Part shown: positions 17,623-26,587 of the stretch, one piece after another
How positions within the stretch are numbered: the first letter of the stretch is position 1
Layout: every line of letters starts with the position of its first letter
NCBI GenBank assembly: GCA_017523925.1
Contig: JAFWVQ010000020.1
Span: forward strand, 12,062-76,061
DNA length: 64,000 nucleotides
Origin: Clostridia bacterium
GTDB lineage: Bacteria; Bacillota; Clostridia; Christensenellales; CAG-138
Direction of reading: 5' to 3'
Made by a program: the position numbers and the translations under genes
Notes under the pieces: generated by a model
What the model saw: the letters and a program-made list of their open reading frames with translations, nothing else
Databases searched by the model: none
What the model was told of the DNA's origin: nothing

Positions 17623-18204
17623 TTATTCCTCCGGCTTCAAAGAATTCTCTGTTGCATGATCAGAAGAATTATTTTTAAGTTTGAACTCCACATTGTTTGC
17701 CATAAGTTCATTAAACGTTACCGGCCTAAAACCGTTTATATCCACTCCCGCATTGAGTACGTTTTCACGCGACACAAGAAGTGGCCAGAAATCCAAATCG
17801 GTAGTGTTGTGGATATGCCCGTGGATCATAAACGAGCGCTTCTCATGATTCCAAGAAAGCAGAGGATAGTGGCAAAGCGTTATGGCGTGAGCTCCGTCCG
17901 ACATTTCAATCATTGGATTTACGGATCTGAAGTATTTGTTCATATCCACCTTTTTCATCCAATCGGCATCATGATTGCCAACTATAAGATGCTTCTTTCC
18001 GCGAAGCCTTTTCAGTATGCTCTCGGGCTCTCGGCAGCGGAAGAACATGTCGCCGATGACGTAAACGGAGTCGGTTAATTTTACCCGCTCATTCCAGTTG
18101 GATATGAGCGCCTCATTCATCTCATTAGCGCAAGTAAACGGTCTGCCGCAGGACTTAATTATATTTTCATGCCCGAAATGTGTATCGGCAATAAAATAGA
18201 TCAC
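17623..18204 (-). CDS. Calcineurin-like metallophosphoesterase
   Basis: IADTHFGH, IGDM, GNHD, CHYP, HGHIH, NAGVD motifs; visibly AT-richer than neighbours. Confidence 0.9.
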   Translation of the reverse strand: MIYFIADTHFGHENIIKSCGRPFTCANEMNEALISNWNERVKLTDSVYVIGDMFFRCREPESILKRLRGKKHLIVGNHDADWMKKVDMNKYFRSVNPMIEMSDGAHAITLCHYPLLSWNHEKRSFMIHGHIHNTTDLDFWPLLVSRENVLNAGVDINGFRPVTFNELMANNVEFKLKNNSSDHATENSLKPEE

Positions 18205-18411
18205 GGTTAATCCTCCCTATAAAAACAAAAAGCACAACTTAAGTATTTGCCTTTGGATCATCCTTTTTGCGTCCTCTGCCGTTATTATACCATAACAAAG
18301 CATAAGATTCAGCATTTTCCGCAAAATCATTTACGCCGCATTATAAGGCGGAGCCTCCGCTGTTTGATTGAGTTATGAGTAAAATGGTGAAATACAATTC
18401 TTAAAACAAAC

Positions 18412-18445
18412 AAAAACCCTGAAAAGTTCAATTCTTTTCAGGGTT
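18412..18445 (-). terminator. Intrinsic terminator of tRNA-Arg
   Basis: aaccctgaaaag...cttttcagggtt inverted repeat with U-tract on the minus strand. Confidence 0.75.
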
Positions 18446-18448
18446 ATC

Positions 18449-18525
18449 TGGCACACCATACTGGATTCGAACCAGTGGCCTTCCGCTTAGGAGGCGGACG
18501 CTCTATCCTACTGAGCTAATGGTGC
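18449..18525 (-). tRNA. tRNA-Arg(CCT)
   Basis: GCACCATTAGCTCAGTAGGATAGAGCGTCCGCCTCCTAAGCGGAAGGCCACTGGTTCGAATCCAGTATGGTGTGCCA; cloverleaf, TTCGAA T-loop, encoded CCA. Confidence 0.95.
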
Positions 18526-18605
18526 ATACCGGCATTGAACGCACTTGCTTTTGATGATCTTGCTTGCGTCCATTATAGGCGCAAAAGCTTTAAGATCGTT
18601 TATCA

Positions 18606-18634
18606 ATTATACTCAATAACGTTATGATTGTCAA
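18606..18634 (-). promoter_or_regulatory. sigmaA promoter upstream of tRNA-Arg
   Basis: TTGACA-17 nt-TATAAT on the minus strand. Confidence 0.7.
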
Positions 18635-18834
18635 CCTAATAATCGACTCGAGCCAAATATATCTCGATTCGAAAATCGCAGTATTATACGAATTCGTTTT
18701 GAAATCCTTGAAAAATTCGGTTCTTGTCCATTGAAATATTCACAGCCGTTTATTATAATATAATGGATACGGGGCAGAGTGCAAACAGCTGCGCCTTCCT
18801 CGGCAAATCCGCAAACCTACGAGGTGCTATTAAA

Positions 18835-19800
18835 ATGGAGAATGATTTCGATAGACCGATCGAAAAAGAACAGATCGCGATCGACACCAAGATCGAGCGC
18901 GTTTTCAGCGAAGCCTATTATATCGGCAGGGCTTCGACCGCCAAGGGGACCGTTGCAGCCTACATCCCCGAGCTCGCCAAGGCTGACGCGAGCGCATTCG
19001 GGCTCTACATGATGCATGAAAACGGAGGCAGTCTTTCATTCGGCGATTTTGAAACTCGGTTCTCCATTCAGTCCGTTTCAAAGGTCATCATCCTTGCTGC
19101 TTCGTTGAAGTACAGGGGCTTTAGAGGCACCTTCGATCACGTTATGATGGAGCCTTCGGGGGATGCGTTCAATTCGATCCTAAAGCTTGATACGCGCAGC
19201 AACCTGCCGTTCAATCCAATGATCAACGCCGGCGCGATCCAAACCATCAGCCTGCTTGCGGATATCCTGAGCTTTGAGGACCTTTTGAGCTTTTCAAGGG
19301 AGCTTTGCTGCGATGAGGGGATAACGCTCGATGAGGCCGTTTATAAGAGCGAGTTCGAATCCGGGGACCGCAACCGCGCGATAGTGTATCTTCTGAAAAG
19401 CAAGGGCGTTCTTATGAGCGAGCCACAAAAGACTCTCGATCTGTACTTCAAAATGTGCTCTCTCTCGGTCTCGGCGCGCTCACTCGCTTCCCTCGGACTG
19501 ATCATATCAAACGGCGGTACCGATCCGCTGAGCGGTAAACGACTCATAGACAGCGAGCATGTGCGAACTATCAAAAGCCTGATGTTCACCTGCGGAATGT
19601 ACGATTTTTCCGGCGAATTCGGCGTTCGTGTCGGCGTTCCCGCAAAGAGCGGCGTTGGAGGCGGCCTTGTTTGCGCGGCTCCCGGCATGGGAATAGGTCT
19701 TTACGGTCCATCGCTCGATCCGTTCGGAAACAGCATCGCCGCAGTCAAGGCGATGGAGCATATCTCCGAAAAGCTTGGGCTGCACGTATTTGATTATTGA
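18835..19800 (+). CDS. glsA: Glutaminase A
   Basis: AYIPELA, SIQSVSK (SxxK), EPSGDAFNS, NPMINAGA, TCGMYDFSG, PAKSGVGGG motifs. Confidence 0.93.
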   Translation: MENDFDRPIEKEQIAIDTKIERVFSEAYYIGRASTAKGTVAAYIPELAKADASAFGLYMMHENGGSLSFGDFETRFSIQSVSKVIILAASLKYRGFRGTFDHVMMEPSGDAFNSILKLDTRSNLPFNPMINAGAIQTISLLADILSFEDLLSFSRELCCDEGITLDEAVYKSEFESGDRNRAIVYLLKSKGVLMSEPQKTLDLYFKMCSLSVSARSLASLGLIISNGGTDPLSGKRLIDSEHVRTIKSLMFTCGMYDFSGEFGVRVGVPAKSGVGGGLVCAAPGMGIGLYGPSLDPFGNSIAAVKAMEHISEKLGLHVFDY

Positions 19801-19828
19801 ATTCGATCCGCATATTGAGGAGAAAAGC

Positions 19829-20908
19829 ATGAATAATACTGATCGCATCGCTCTTATATCCGAGCTTTCAACCGCCTTCGGTCCATCCGGCTTCGAGGAT
19901 GAAGTCGTAAGCGTTCTCAAAAAGCATTGCGCTGATCTTGGAAGACTGGAGGAGGACTCGCTCCGCAATCTGTACGTTTACAGAAACGAAAACACCGGCG
20001 ACAAGCCCGTTCTTATGCTCGACGCGCACAGCGACGAGGTCGGCGCAATAGTTCAGGCTGTTCGTCCGAACGGCACGATACGCTTCCTCCTGCTCGGCGG
20101 TTGGGGCAAGTCCGCGCTTCCCTCGAGCAAGGTGCTCGTTCGCAGTCGGACCGGCGAATTAGTTCCCGGAATAGTGGCTGCAAAGCCTGTGCATTTCATG
20201 AGCGCTTCAGAGAAGGCCGGCGCAAGCTTCGAGGTGACCGACCTGAGCATAGATATCGGCGCTGCTTCCAAGGAGGAGGCCGAGAGCGTATTCCATATCG
20301 GTGTCGGCGAGCCCATCGTCCCCGCCGTTGATTTCGAATTTAACGAGGCGCATGGCCTGCTGTTCGGGAAGGCGTTCGACTGCCGCATCGGCTGCGCGGC
20401 GCTCGTGCAGACCCTTCGTGCTTTGAAGGGGAAGGAGCTGCCCTTCGATGTTGTGGGCGTGTTTTCCTCGCAGGAAGAGGTCGGCGAACGCGGCGCACAG
20501 GTCGCAGTAAATCGAGTCAAGCCCGATATCGCGCTATGCTTCGAGGGCGCACCTGCGGACGACACCTTCACCGAGCCCTGGCTCACACAAACCGTACTCG
20601 GCAAAGGCGCAATGCTTCGCTATATGGATCGTTCGATCATATGCAATCCTCGCTATATGCGTCATGCCTGCGACGTGGCGCAGAGCGCAAGTATCCCGAT
20701 CCAGTGCGCGGTGCGCGAGGGGGGAGGGAACAACGGCGCGGTGATCAATCTTGCAGATAAGGGAATACCGGTCATCGTTGTGGGCGTTCCCGTGCGCTAT
20801 ATCCATTCTTCAAACGGCATCGCAAAGCTCGATGATTTCGATTCAACCGTGCGCTTTGCTGCGGCGCTTGCGGAAAGCATGAGCGAAAAGCTGCTTCGTT
20901 CGCTTTGA
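19829..20908 (+). CDS. M42 family (TET) aminopeptidase
   Basis: GPSGFE, DAHSDEVG, GKAFDCR, QEEVGERG, RYIHS motifs. Confidence 0.88.
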   Translation: MNNTDRIALISELSTAFGPSGFEDEVVSVLKKHCADLGRLEEDSLRNLYVYRNENTGDKPVLMLDAHSDEVGAIVQAVRPNGTIRFLLLGGWGKSALPSSKVLVRSRTGELVPGIVAAKPVHFMSASEKAGASFEVTDLSIDIGAASKEEAESVFHIGVGEPIVPAVDFEFNEAHGLLFGKAFDCRIGCAALVQTLRALKGKELPFDVVGVFSSQEEVGERGAQVAVNRVKPDIALCFEGAPADDTFTEPWLTQTVLGKGAMLRYMDRSIICNPRYMRHACDVAQSASIPIQCAVREGGGNNGAVINLADKGIPVIVVGVPVRYIHSSNGIAKLDDFDSTVRFAAALAESMSEKLLRSL

Positions 20909-20956
20909 TCCTTCGTGCACGAGATCGGCTTTTATACTAATTAGGAGGTCAACAGT

Positions 20957-21361
20957 ATGAGTAAACTATTTGATAAGAGCGCGGAGCTTCGCGCGATCGA
21001 GATCCCGCATTATAACTGCGCGCAATCGGTCCTGATCCCGTTTGCAATTGAGGCGGGGATCGACCCCGAGACCGCAAGGCGGATCGCCGCCAATTTCGGC
21101 GGAGGTATGAAGCGCGGTTCGGTCTGCGGCGCTGTAACCGGCGGACTGATGGCGCTTGGTCTGTTTGAAGCGGACGACGCCCAAACCGTCGAAGCCTATC
21201 ATGAAAGATTTCTTTCGAAGCATTCCGGCTGCTTGAACTGCTCGGAGCTGCTTCAAATAAATGAGGAATCCGGAGGTGCGAAGAAGCCCTTCTGTGACGG
21301 CTTGGTCTTTGAATGCGTATCACTTGTTGAGGAAATCTTGAAAGAGAAGGGCAGGATCTAA
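20957..21361 (+). CDS. C-GCAxxG-C-C family putative redox protein
   Basis: YNCAQSV, FGGG, CGAVTG, NCSEL, FCDG motifs. Confidence 0.85.
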   Translation: MSKLFDKSAELRAIEIPHYNCAQSVLIPFAIEAGIDPETARRIAANFGGGMKRGSVCGAVTGGLMALGLFEADDAQTVEAYHERFLSKHSGCLNCSELLQINEESGGAKKPFCDGLVFECVSLVEEILKEKGRI

Positions 21362-21363
21362 GC

Positions 21364-22227
21364 ATGAAGGCCTTCGTGATGGACGCATTCTCCGAAAACT
21401 TGTTTTCGGGCAATCAGGCGGGGGTCGTGCTTGTTGACAGAGAGCTTTCCGATGAAACCATGCTCAAGATCGCGGCCGAATTCAAGCATTCCGAAACAGC
21501 TTTTATTCAGCCCTTCGATCGAGGCGGCAACTCAATAAGGATACGCTATTTTACTCCTGCCGGGGAGGTAGAGCTCTGCGGTCATGCAACCGTGGCGAGC
21601 TTTGCTTTGCTTCGCAAGCTCGAGCTGATCGGCGATGGCGGGTATTTAGCAGACACTGCGGCCGGCAGGCTGAACATCACCGTGAACGATAGGCGTATCT
21701 GGATGGATATGGCGCAGCCGAGGCTCGTAAAGGAGCTCGACGCGGCTGAGATATCCGAGCTGTACTCCGCTTTCGCTCTCTCCGTTTCGGACGGTATCGA
21801 GGGCTGTTTGCCGCAGATAATTACCACCGGGCTCTCGGATATCATTATGCCCGTTCGCAGCAGAGAATTACTGCTTTCAGCCGTTCAGGATACTTCGCGC
21901 GTTTCCGCTCTTTCATATAAGCTTGGATGCGTCGGCGTGCATATGTTTGCGCCGGGCGACGAGAGCTGCACCGCCTACTGCAGCAATTTCGCTCCGCTTT
22001 ACGGCATACCGGAGGAATGCGCCACCGGCACTGCAAACGGAGCGCTGACCTATTATCTGCATCTTAAAGGGCAGATCACCGCCGGACAAGAGAACAGTTT
22101 TATACAGGGCGAGCATATGCATAGGCCGTCGAAGGTGCTGAGCATGCTGATAGAAAACGGGAATAGCGTTCTGATACGCATCGGAGGCACCGCAGTAATG
22201 AGCATGGAATGCGACATCAAGCTATAG
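21364..22227 (+). CDS. PhzF family isomerase/epimerase
   Basis: DAFS...GNQAG, SETAF, RYFTP...ELCGHAT, EECATG, QGEHMHRPS motifs. Confidence 0.9.
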   Translation: MKAFVMDAFSENLFSGNQAGVVLVDRELSDETMLKIAAEFKHSETAFIQPFDRGGNSIRIRYFTPAGEVELCGHATVASFALLRKLELIGDGGYLADTAAGRLNITVNDRRIWMDMAQPRLVKELDAAEISELYSAFALSVSDGIEGCLPQIITTGLSDIIMPVRSRELLLSAVQDTSRVSALSYKLGCVGVHMFAPGDESCTAYCSNFAPLYGIPEECATGTANGALTYYLHLKGQITAGQENSFIQGEHMHRPSKVLSMLIENGNSVLIRIGGTAVMSMECDIKL

Positions 22228-22233
22228 CATTAT

Positions 22234-23361
22234 TCATCCTCGGGCTTCATCCCCGGGGTTCTTTTTTTCTGCGTCCGTTGCCGATAAGATCGCAAGCAGA
22301 TCCGTCTCATATTTATAATGCTCGATCTTCACGCCGGTATAGTAATGCTTGAGTATCGTCTCATAGTCCGCTCCCTCCCCGGCCATTGCGTTTGCACCGA
22401 CCTGGCTCATACCAACGCCATGCCCGAAGCCGAGGCAGGATATGCGCACCTCGCCATCTTCAAATTCAAACTCAACATTCGTGCTTTTCAGCTCCAGCGC
22501 ATTTCGAAGCTGCTGCCCGCTCACGACCGTTCCGCCGAGGCGGATCAGCGCTATGCGGCCGCTGTCGGTGCGCTGCCACACCTCCACATCCTTTGCCGGC
22601 TCCACCATCATCGCGTCCGGAAAAGCGGTGTTTATCTTCTCTGCAAACTCTTTATTTGAGAGGCAGACCGTTGTTTGAAACTCCGGCGAAGCCTCCTCTC
22701 CGCCGCTTTCAACCGAAACGAGGTAGGGAAGCGCCACAGCGAACACCGCCTCACAATTTTCAGTTTTTCCGCCAGAGGAAGAATGATAAAGCGCGGTCAC
22801 AAGCTCGCCTTCGCTCGTCAACACAAGCCCCGAAGTGCCGTCCACCGCCTCGCATATTTTATTATACTTTTCCATGAATCCCTCGCCCCAATTCTTCTTC
22901 ATTCGCTCAATGCTTATGTACGCCTGGCAGCATCTGTGATCCGTGCAAACGGTGTGCCCGCTTTTGCATTTCAGCTCACCTGTCATATGCTTGAGCGTGA
23001 AGGTCCGCGCGGCGACCGCCTGCGCCTTCAGCGCCTCGATGCCGTATCCAGCCGGCATTTCGGCAGCGGTGACGCCGATCAGATAATCCCTCAGCGTCAT
23101 CTTCATCAGCTCCTCTCCGCCGAAAACGCCTATATGCACTCTGCCATCGCTATTGTCTGGGTTTGATCCTTTATCCTGCACATGCCCGGCAACTCCGATT
23201 AGATCGAGCCCCTTGGTGATATTCGGCGTAAGGTCGAGCGAATATGCGTCCTGGACCGCCCGCGAGTTCGTTCCCTTCGGCAAAAAGCACGAAGCAGCCG
23301 CGGCCAGCAGCACGGCAAATGCAAGGATCCTTATTGTAATTTGTGATGACGATCTTTTCAT
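22234..23361 (-). CDS. spoIID: Stage II sporulation protein D (lytic transglycosylase)
   Basis: YLIGVTAAEMP, EALKAQAVAART, CTDHRCCQAY, YLVSVES, GFGHGVGMSQ, ILKHYY motifs. Confidence 0.9.
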   Translation of the reverse strand: MKRSSSQITIRILAFAVLLAAAASCFLPKGTNSRAVQDAYSLDLTPNITKGLDLIGVAGHVQDKGSNPDNSDGRVHIGVFGGEELMKMTLRDYLIGVTAAEMPAGYGIEALKAQAVAARTFTLKHMTGELKCKSGHTVCTDHRCCQAYISIERMKKNWGEGFMEKYNKICEAVDGTSGLVLTSEGELVTALYHSSSGGKTENCEAVFAVALPYLVSVESGGEEASPEFQTTVCLSNKEFAEKINTAFPDAMMVEPAKDVEVWQRTDSGRIALIRLGGTVVSGQQLRNALELKSTNVEFEFEDGEVRISCLGFGHGVGMSQVGANAMAGEGADYETILKHYYTGVKIEHYKYETDLLAILSATDAEKKNPGDEARG

Positions 23362-23489
23362 GCTCAACCCTATGTCAACTTTGTCATAATTATGCCATTA
23401 TCCGTACCGAAAAATCCATTGAATAAGTATGCGGCACAATGTATAATATAACAAAACGGGAGTTATCCCGAATAACAGAGGTGTTAGAA

Positions 23490-24047
23490 ATGCTTTTATT
23501 CAATCTTGCTCAGGCAGCCTCCGTCACTAGCGAAGCGAACTTCTTCTCCGAATGGGCGCAGGGGCTCAACGTCGGCGGCATTATTCTTCTGCTCGTCGGC
23601 ATTGCGCTCATAGTCGTTGAAATGGTTATCCCCGGCTTCGGCATCGCGGGTATATCCGGCGGCGCCGCAGTAGTTGCGGGTCTGATCGTAAGCTCCAGGA
23701 GCTTCGGAGCGGCAATGTTCTCGCTTGCGATCGTTGTGCTGATCCTGTGCTTGGCCGCGCTGATCGTGTTTAAGGTCGTTTTCGGAAAGGGACGGCGAAA
23801 TTCAAAGCTCGTTTTAAACGACAGCATCACGAGCGGTTCGACCGACATCTCCACCCTCGATCCCGCCGAGGTTATCGGCAAGGAGGGTGTAACTCTGACC
23901 GCTCTTCGCCCCTCCGGTATCGCCATGATCGATGGCAAGAGGCTCGACGTGCTTGCCGAGGGCGAGTTTATCGAGAAGGGTGAGACCGTCAAGGTATCCG
24001 CTGTTCAGGGTATCCGTATCAGCGTCATCAAAAAATCAAAGTCATGA
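23490..24047 (+). CDS. Short NfeD-family membrane protein
   Basis: VEMVIPGFGIAG TM domain; GKEGVTLTALRPSG...LDVLAEGEFI OB domain; upstream TTGAAT-17 nt-TATAAT promoter at 23419-23447. Confidence 0.85.
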   Translation: MLLFNLAQAASVTSEANFFSEWAQGLNVGGIILLLVGIALIVVEMVIPGFGIAGISGGAAVVAGLIVSSRSFGAAMFSLAIVVLILCLAALIVFKVVFGKGRRNSKLVLNDSITSGSTDISTLDPAEVIGKEGVTLTALRPSGIAMIDGKRLDVLAEGEFIEKGETVKVSAVQGIRISVIKKSKS

Positions 24048-24331
24048 CAAAAAAGCCGATCCACAAGCCTGTTCGCGGTCAAATCAAAACCGATGCGCCC
24101 GATGAAGCAAAAGGCGCGGAATCCGCTCCGAAGCGGGAAGGCTTGTTTAAAAGCAGCTTCTACAACAGATGCGATATCGACGCGGCTGCCGAGAATGCGT
24201 ATAACAGCGATATCGACGAAGCCGAGCTCAAGAAGCAGCGCAGGCGGGATTGGATCTTCATTCTGATCGGCGTTCCCGCCTTCATCGCCTTCATGTACCT
24301 ATTGGTTATGATCTTCCGAGGGGCGCATTGA
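24044..24331 (+). CDS. Small hypothetical protein with C-terminal TM helix
   Basis: ATGA overlap with nfeD; single C-terminal hydrophobic segment. Confidence 0.65.
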   Translation: MTKKPIHKPVRGQIKTDAPDEAKGAESAPKREGLFKSSFYNRCDIDAAAENAYNSDIDEAELKKQRRRDWIFILIGVPAFIAFMYLLVMIFRGAH

Positions 24332-24421
24332 ACGCCGCATACTCATGCGTCCATGCCCTCTTTGGAGGTTCAGAATAAAAACTCAATTAAAACAAAGAAC
24401 ATTTTTCGGAAAGGAAAAACC

Positions 24422-25405
24422 ATGCCAGAACCAGTCGTAATCATCGGAATCATCATTGCAGCGATCATCTTCCTGATCTTTTTCTTCACCTTCGTCCCCG
24501 TTGGACTTGCCATCAAGGCCAAGGCCTCCGGCGTAAAGGTAGGTCTTTTCCAGCTTATAGGTATGCGTATCCGCAAGGTCAACCCGCATAAGATCCTCGA
24601 GCCCCTCATCAAGGCTACCAAGGCGGGTCTCGACCTCAACGTAAACAAGATGGAAGCGCACTACATGGCGGGCGGTAATCTCGACCGCGTTGTAAACGCT
24701 CTCATCGCCGCTCAGCGCGCGGGGATCCCGCTCGATTTCGAAAGCTCCAGCGCCATCGATCTTGCGGGCCGCGACGTTCTGACCGCAGTTCAGATGAGCG
24801 TCAGCCCCAAAGTAATCGAAACTCCTATCATTGCCGCTATCGCTAAGGACGGTATCGAGCTTCGCGCCAAGGCGAAGGTCACCGTTCGCGTGAATGTTGA
24901 TCGTCTCGTCGGCGGTGCAGGCGAGGAGACCATCATCGCCCGTGTCGGCGAAGGTATCGTTACCACCATCGGTTCCTCTCAGAGCCACAAGGACGTGCTC
25001 GAGAACCCCGATTCCATCTCCCAGACCGTTCTCGGCAAGGGCCTTGACAGTGGCACCGCGTTTGAAATCCTCTCCATCGATATTGCGGACGTCGACGTCG
25101 GCGTGAACGTTGGCGCTAAGCTGCAGATCGACCAGGCCGAGGCCGATAAGCGCATCGCACAGGCGAAGGCCGAGGAGCGCCGTGCAATGGCAGTTGCTCA
25201 GGAGCAGGAAAACAAGGCCGAGGTCCAGGGCATGCGCGCCCGCGTTATCGAAGCCGAGGCTCAGGTTCCTCTTGCAATGGCGGAGGCCTTCAGAAACGGC
25301 AATCTCGGCATCATGGACTATTATCGCATGAAGAATATGATGGCCGACACCGAGATGCGCGAGTCCATCGGCAAGACCACCGGCGCAGACCCTGACAACA
25401 AGTAA
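24422..25405 (+). CDS. floA: Flotillin-like protein FloA (YqfA)
   Basis: [46 protein letters not shown] motifs. Confidence 0.93.
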   Translation: MPEPVVIIGIIIAAIIFLIFFFTFVPVGLAIKAKASGVKVGLFQLIGMRIRKVNPHKILEPLIKATKAGLDLNVNKMEAHYMAGGNLDRVVNALIAAQRAGIPLDFESSSAIDLAGRDVLTAVQMSVSPKVIETPIIAAIAKDGIELRAKAKVTVRVNVDRLVGGAGEETIIARVGEGIVTTIGSSQSHKDVLENPDSISQTVLGKGLDSGTAFEILSIDIADVDVGVNVGAKLQIDQAEADKRIAQAKAEERRAMAVAQEQENKAEVQGMRARVIEAEAQVPLAMAEAFRNGNLGIMDYYRMKNMMADTEMRESIGKTTGADPDNK

Positions 25406-25439
25406 TGCCATCTGCATCACAGTATTTGTTTGAAAGGGG

Positions 25440-26102
25440 GTGCCGCCTTTGGGAGGTTTTGAAGGCATTATCGTATTGTTCGTGATCGTTTCCGTCGTTT
25501 CCTCTATCATCAGAGCGGCGAAGAACTCTCAGCAAAGCGGCGGTTCGTCCGGCGCGAATGATCCTTCCGGAACGATCAGGCCCATGCAGCGCTCTGCTCC
25601 TTCGCAGAGGCCTGCCGCTGCCGGCTCGTACACAGGTTCTATTACGAGCGCTCAACGCGAACGGCTCGAGCAGCTTCGCAGGCTTCAGCAGGAGCGCAGC
25701 GATCGCATGCCCTCAGCGAATCCTTCGGGAACAAGCGCCGCCAAACCGGCCGACAGACCCGTGTATCCGCATTCCGGCGAGGACTGCACCGGCGGCAGCC
25801 TTCATGACGGCTATCATGAAGGCACCATCCGTCCGCCGGCAAGACCCGCGAACATCGAAGGCTCAACGGGCAAGCAGGGCGTATCGGCAACGGAGGAAAG
25901 CAGGTTGGATCGACCGTTGGCCGCTGCAAGCGCAGCTGCAGCCGCCTCAAGAACTGCGGATGCCGCATACGATTCTTCTTCTTCACAAGCAAAGCAGTCG
26001 ACCGGCGCTGATAAGCTTGCAAAAGCTATTGCAGCAAAGCCTGCGATCGTTCAGGGCATGATTTGGTCCGAGGTGCTCGGCAAACCGCTTTCCGACGGCT
26101 GA
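25440..26102 (+). CDS. Hypothetical membrane protein (YqfB-like position)
   Basis: N-terminal TM, disordered body, C-terminal IVQGMIWSEVLGKP motif. Confidence 0.7.
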   Translation: MPPLGGFEGIIVLFVIVSVVSSIIRAAKNSQQSGGSSGANDPSGTIRPMQRSAPSQRPAAAGSYTGSITSAQRERLEQLRRLQQERSDRMPSANPSGTSAAKPADRPVYPHSGEDCTGGSLHDGYHEGTIRPPARPANIEGSTGKQGVSATEESRLDRPLAAASAAAAASRTADAAYDSSSSQAKQSTGADKLAKAIAAKPAIVQGMIWSEVLGKPLSDG

Positions 26103-26163
26103 GCTTCACGGATTCAACAACGTACAGCTTACATTCGATAAGTCGAATAAGTCTAATGAGTCG

Positions 26164-26203
26164 AAAGAGTCGGCCTGTGCAGTGCGCACGAGCCGGCTCT
26201 TTT
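26164..26203 (+). terminator. Terminator of the nfeD-floA operon
   Basis: aaagagtcggc...gccggctctttt. Confidence 0.65.
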
Positions 26204-26523
26204 GCTTACAAAATCAATCGAAAGCCTGTATCAACAAGCCTCTGAACGAACCGCTCTTACGTATCCGAACACATAACTCAACGCATACAAAGCCGCCTGC
26301 TGAACTTGCCGGATGATCGTATTCTGCGCTGCTATTGCCAAGTTGTCGATCTTGGCAGGCACAAGCATTTGCAACCGTGCATTTGACGATTTATCGTTCT
26401 ATTCTACGTTATCCTATTCTTTGCACTAATGCTCGTTTCGCCGCACAGCGCTTGAAGCGGAGTTCATTCACTCCGTACAAATATACATAACATCAAGATA
26501 AACATCATTGTTATCCGCAAAAT

Positions 26524-26550
26524 AAAGGAGCCGTCGCAAGGACGGCTCCG
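26524..26550 (-). terminator. Terminator of the serpin gene
   Basis: ggagccgtc-gcaag-gacggctcc with U-rich tail on the minus strand. Confidence 0.7.
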
Positions 26551-26587
26551 CATTGATCTTTGGAATACTGCTTATATGTTTAGCGGC

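Noticed and set aside
18449-18525. tRNA-Arg as attachment site of an intact integrative element
   Set aside because: No integrase and no duplicate of the tRNA 3' end seen in the window.
24383-25510. 375-aa ORF antisense to floA (similar long antisense ORFs at 439-1602, 26576-27853, 30036-31364, 58002-58970, 62304-63314)
   Set aside because: Shadow frames of well-supported genes in GC-rich, codon-biased DNA; no motifs or RBS.
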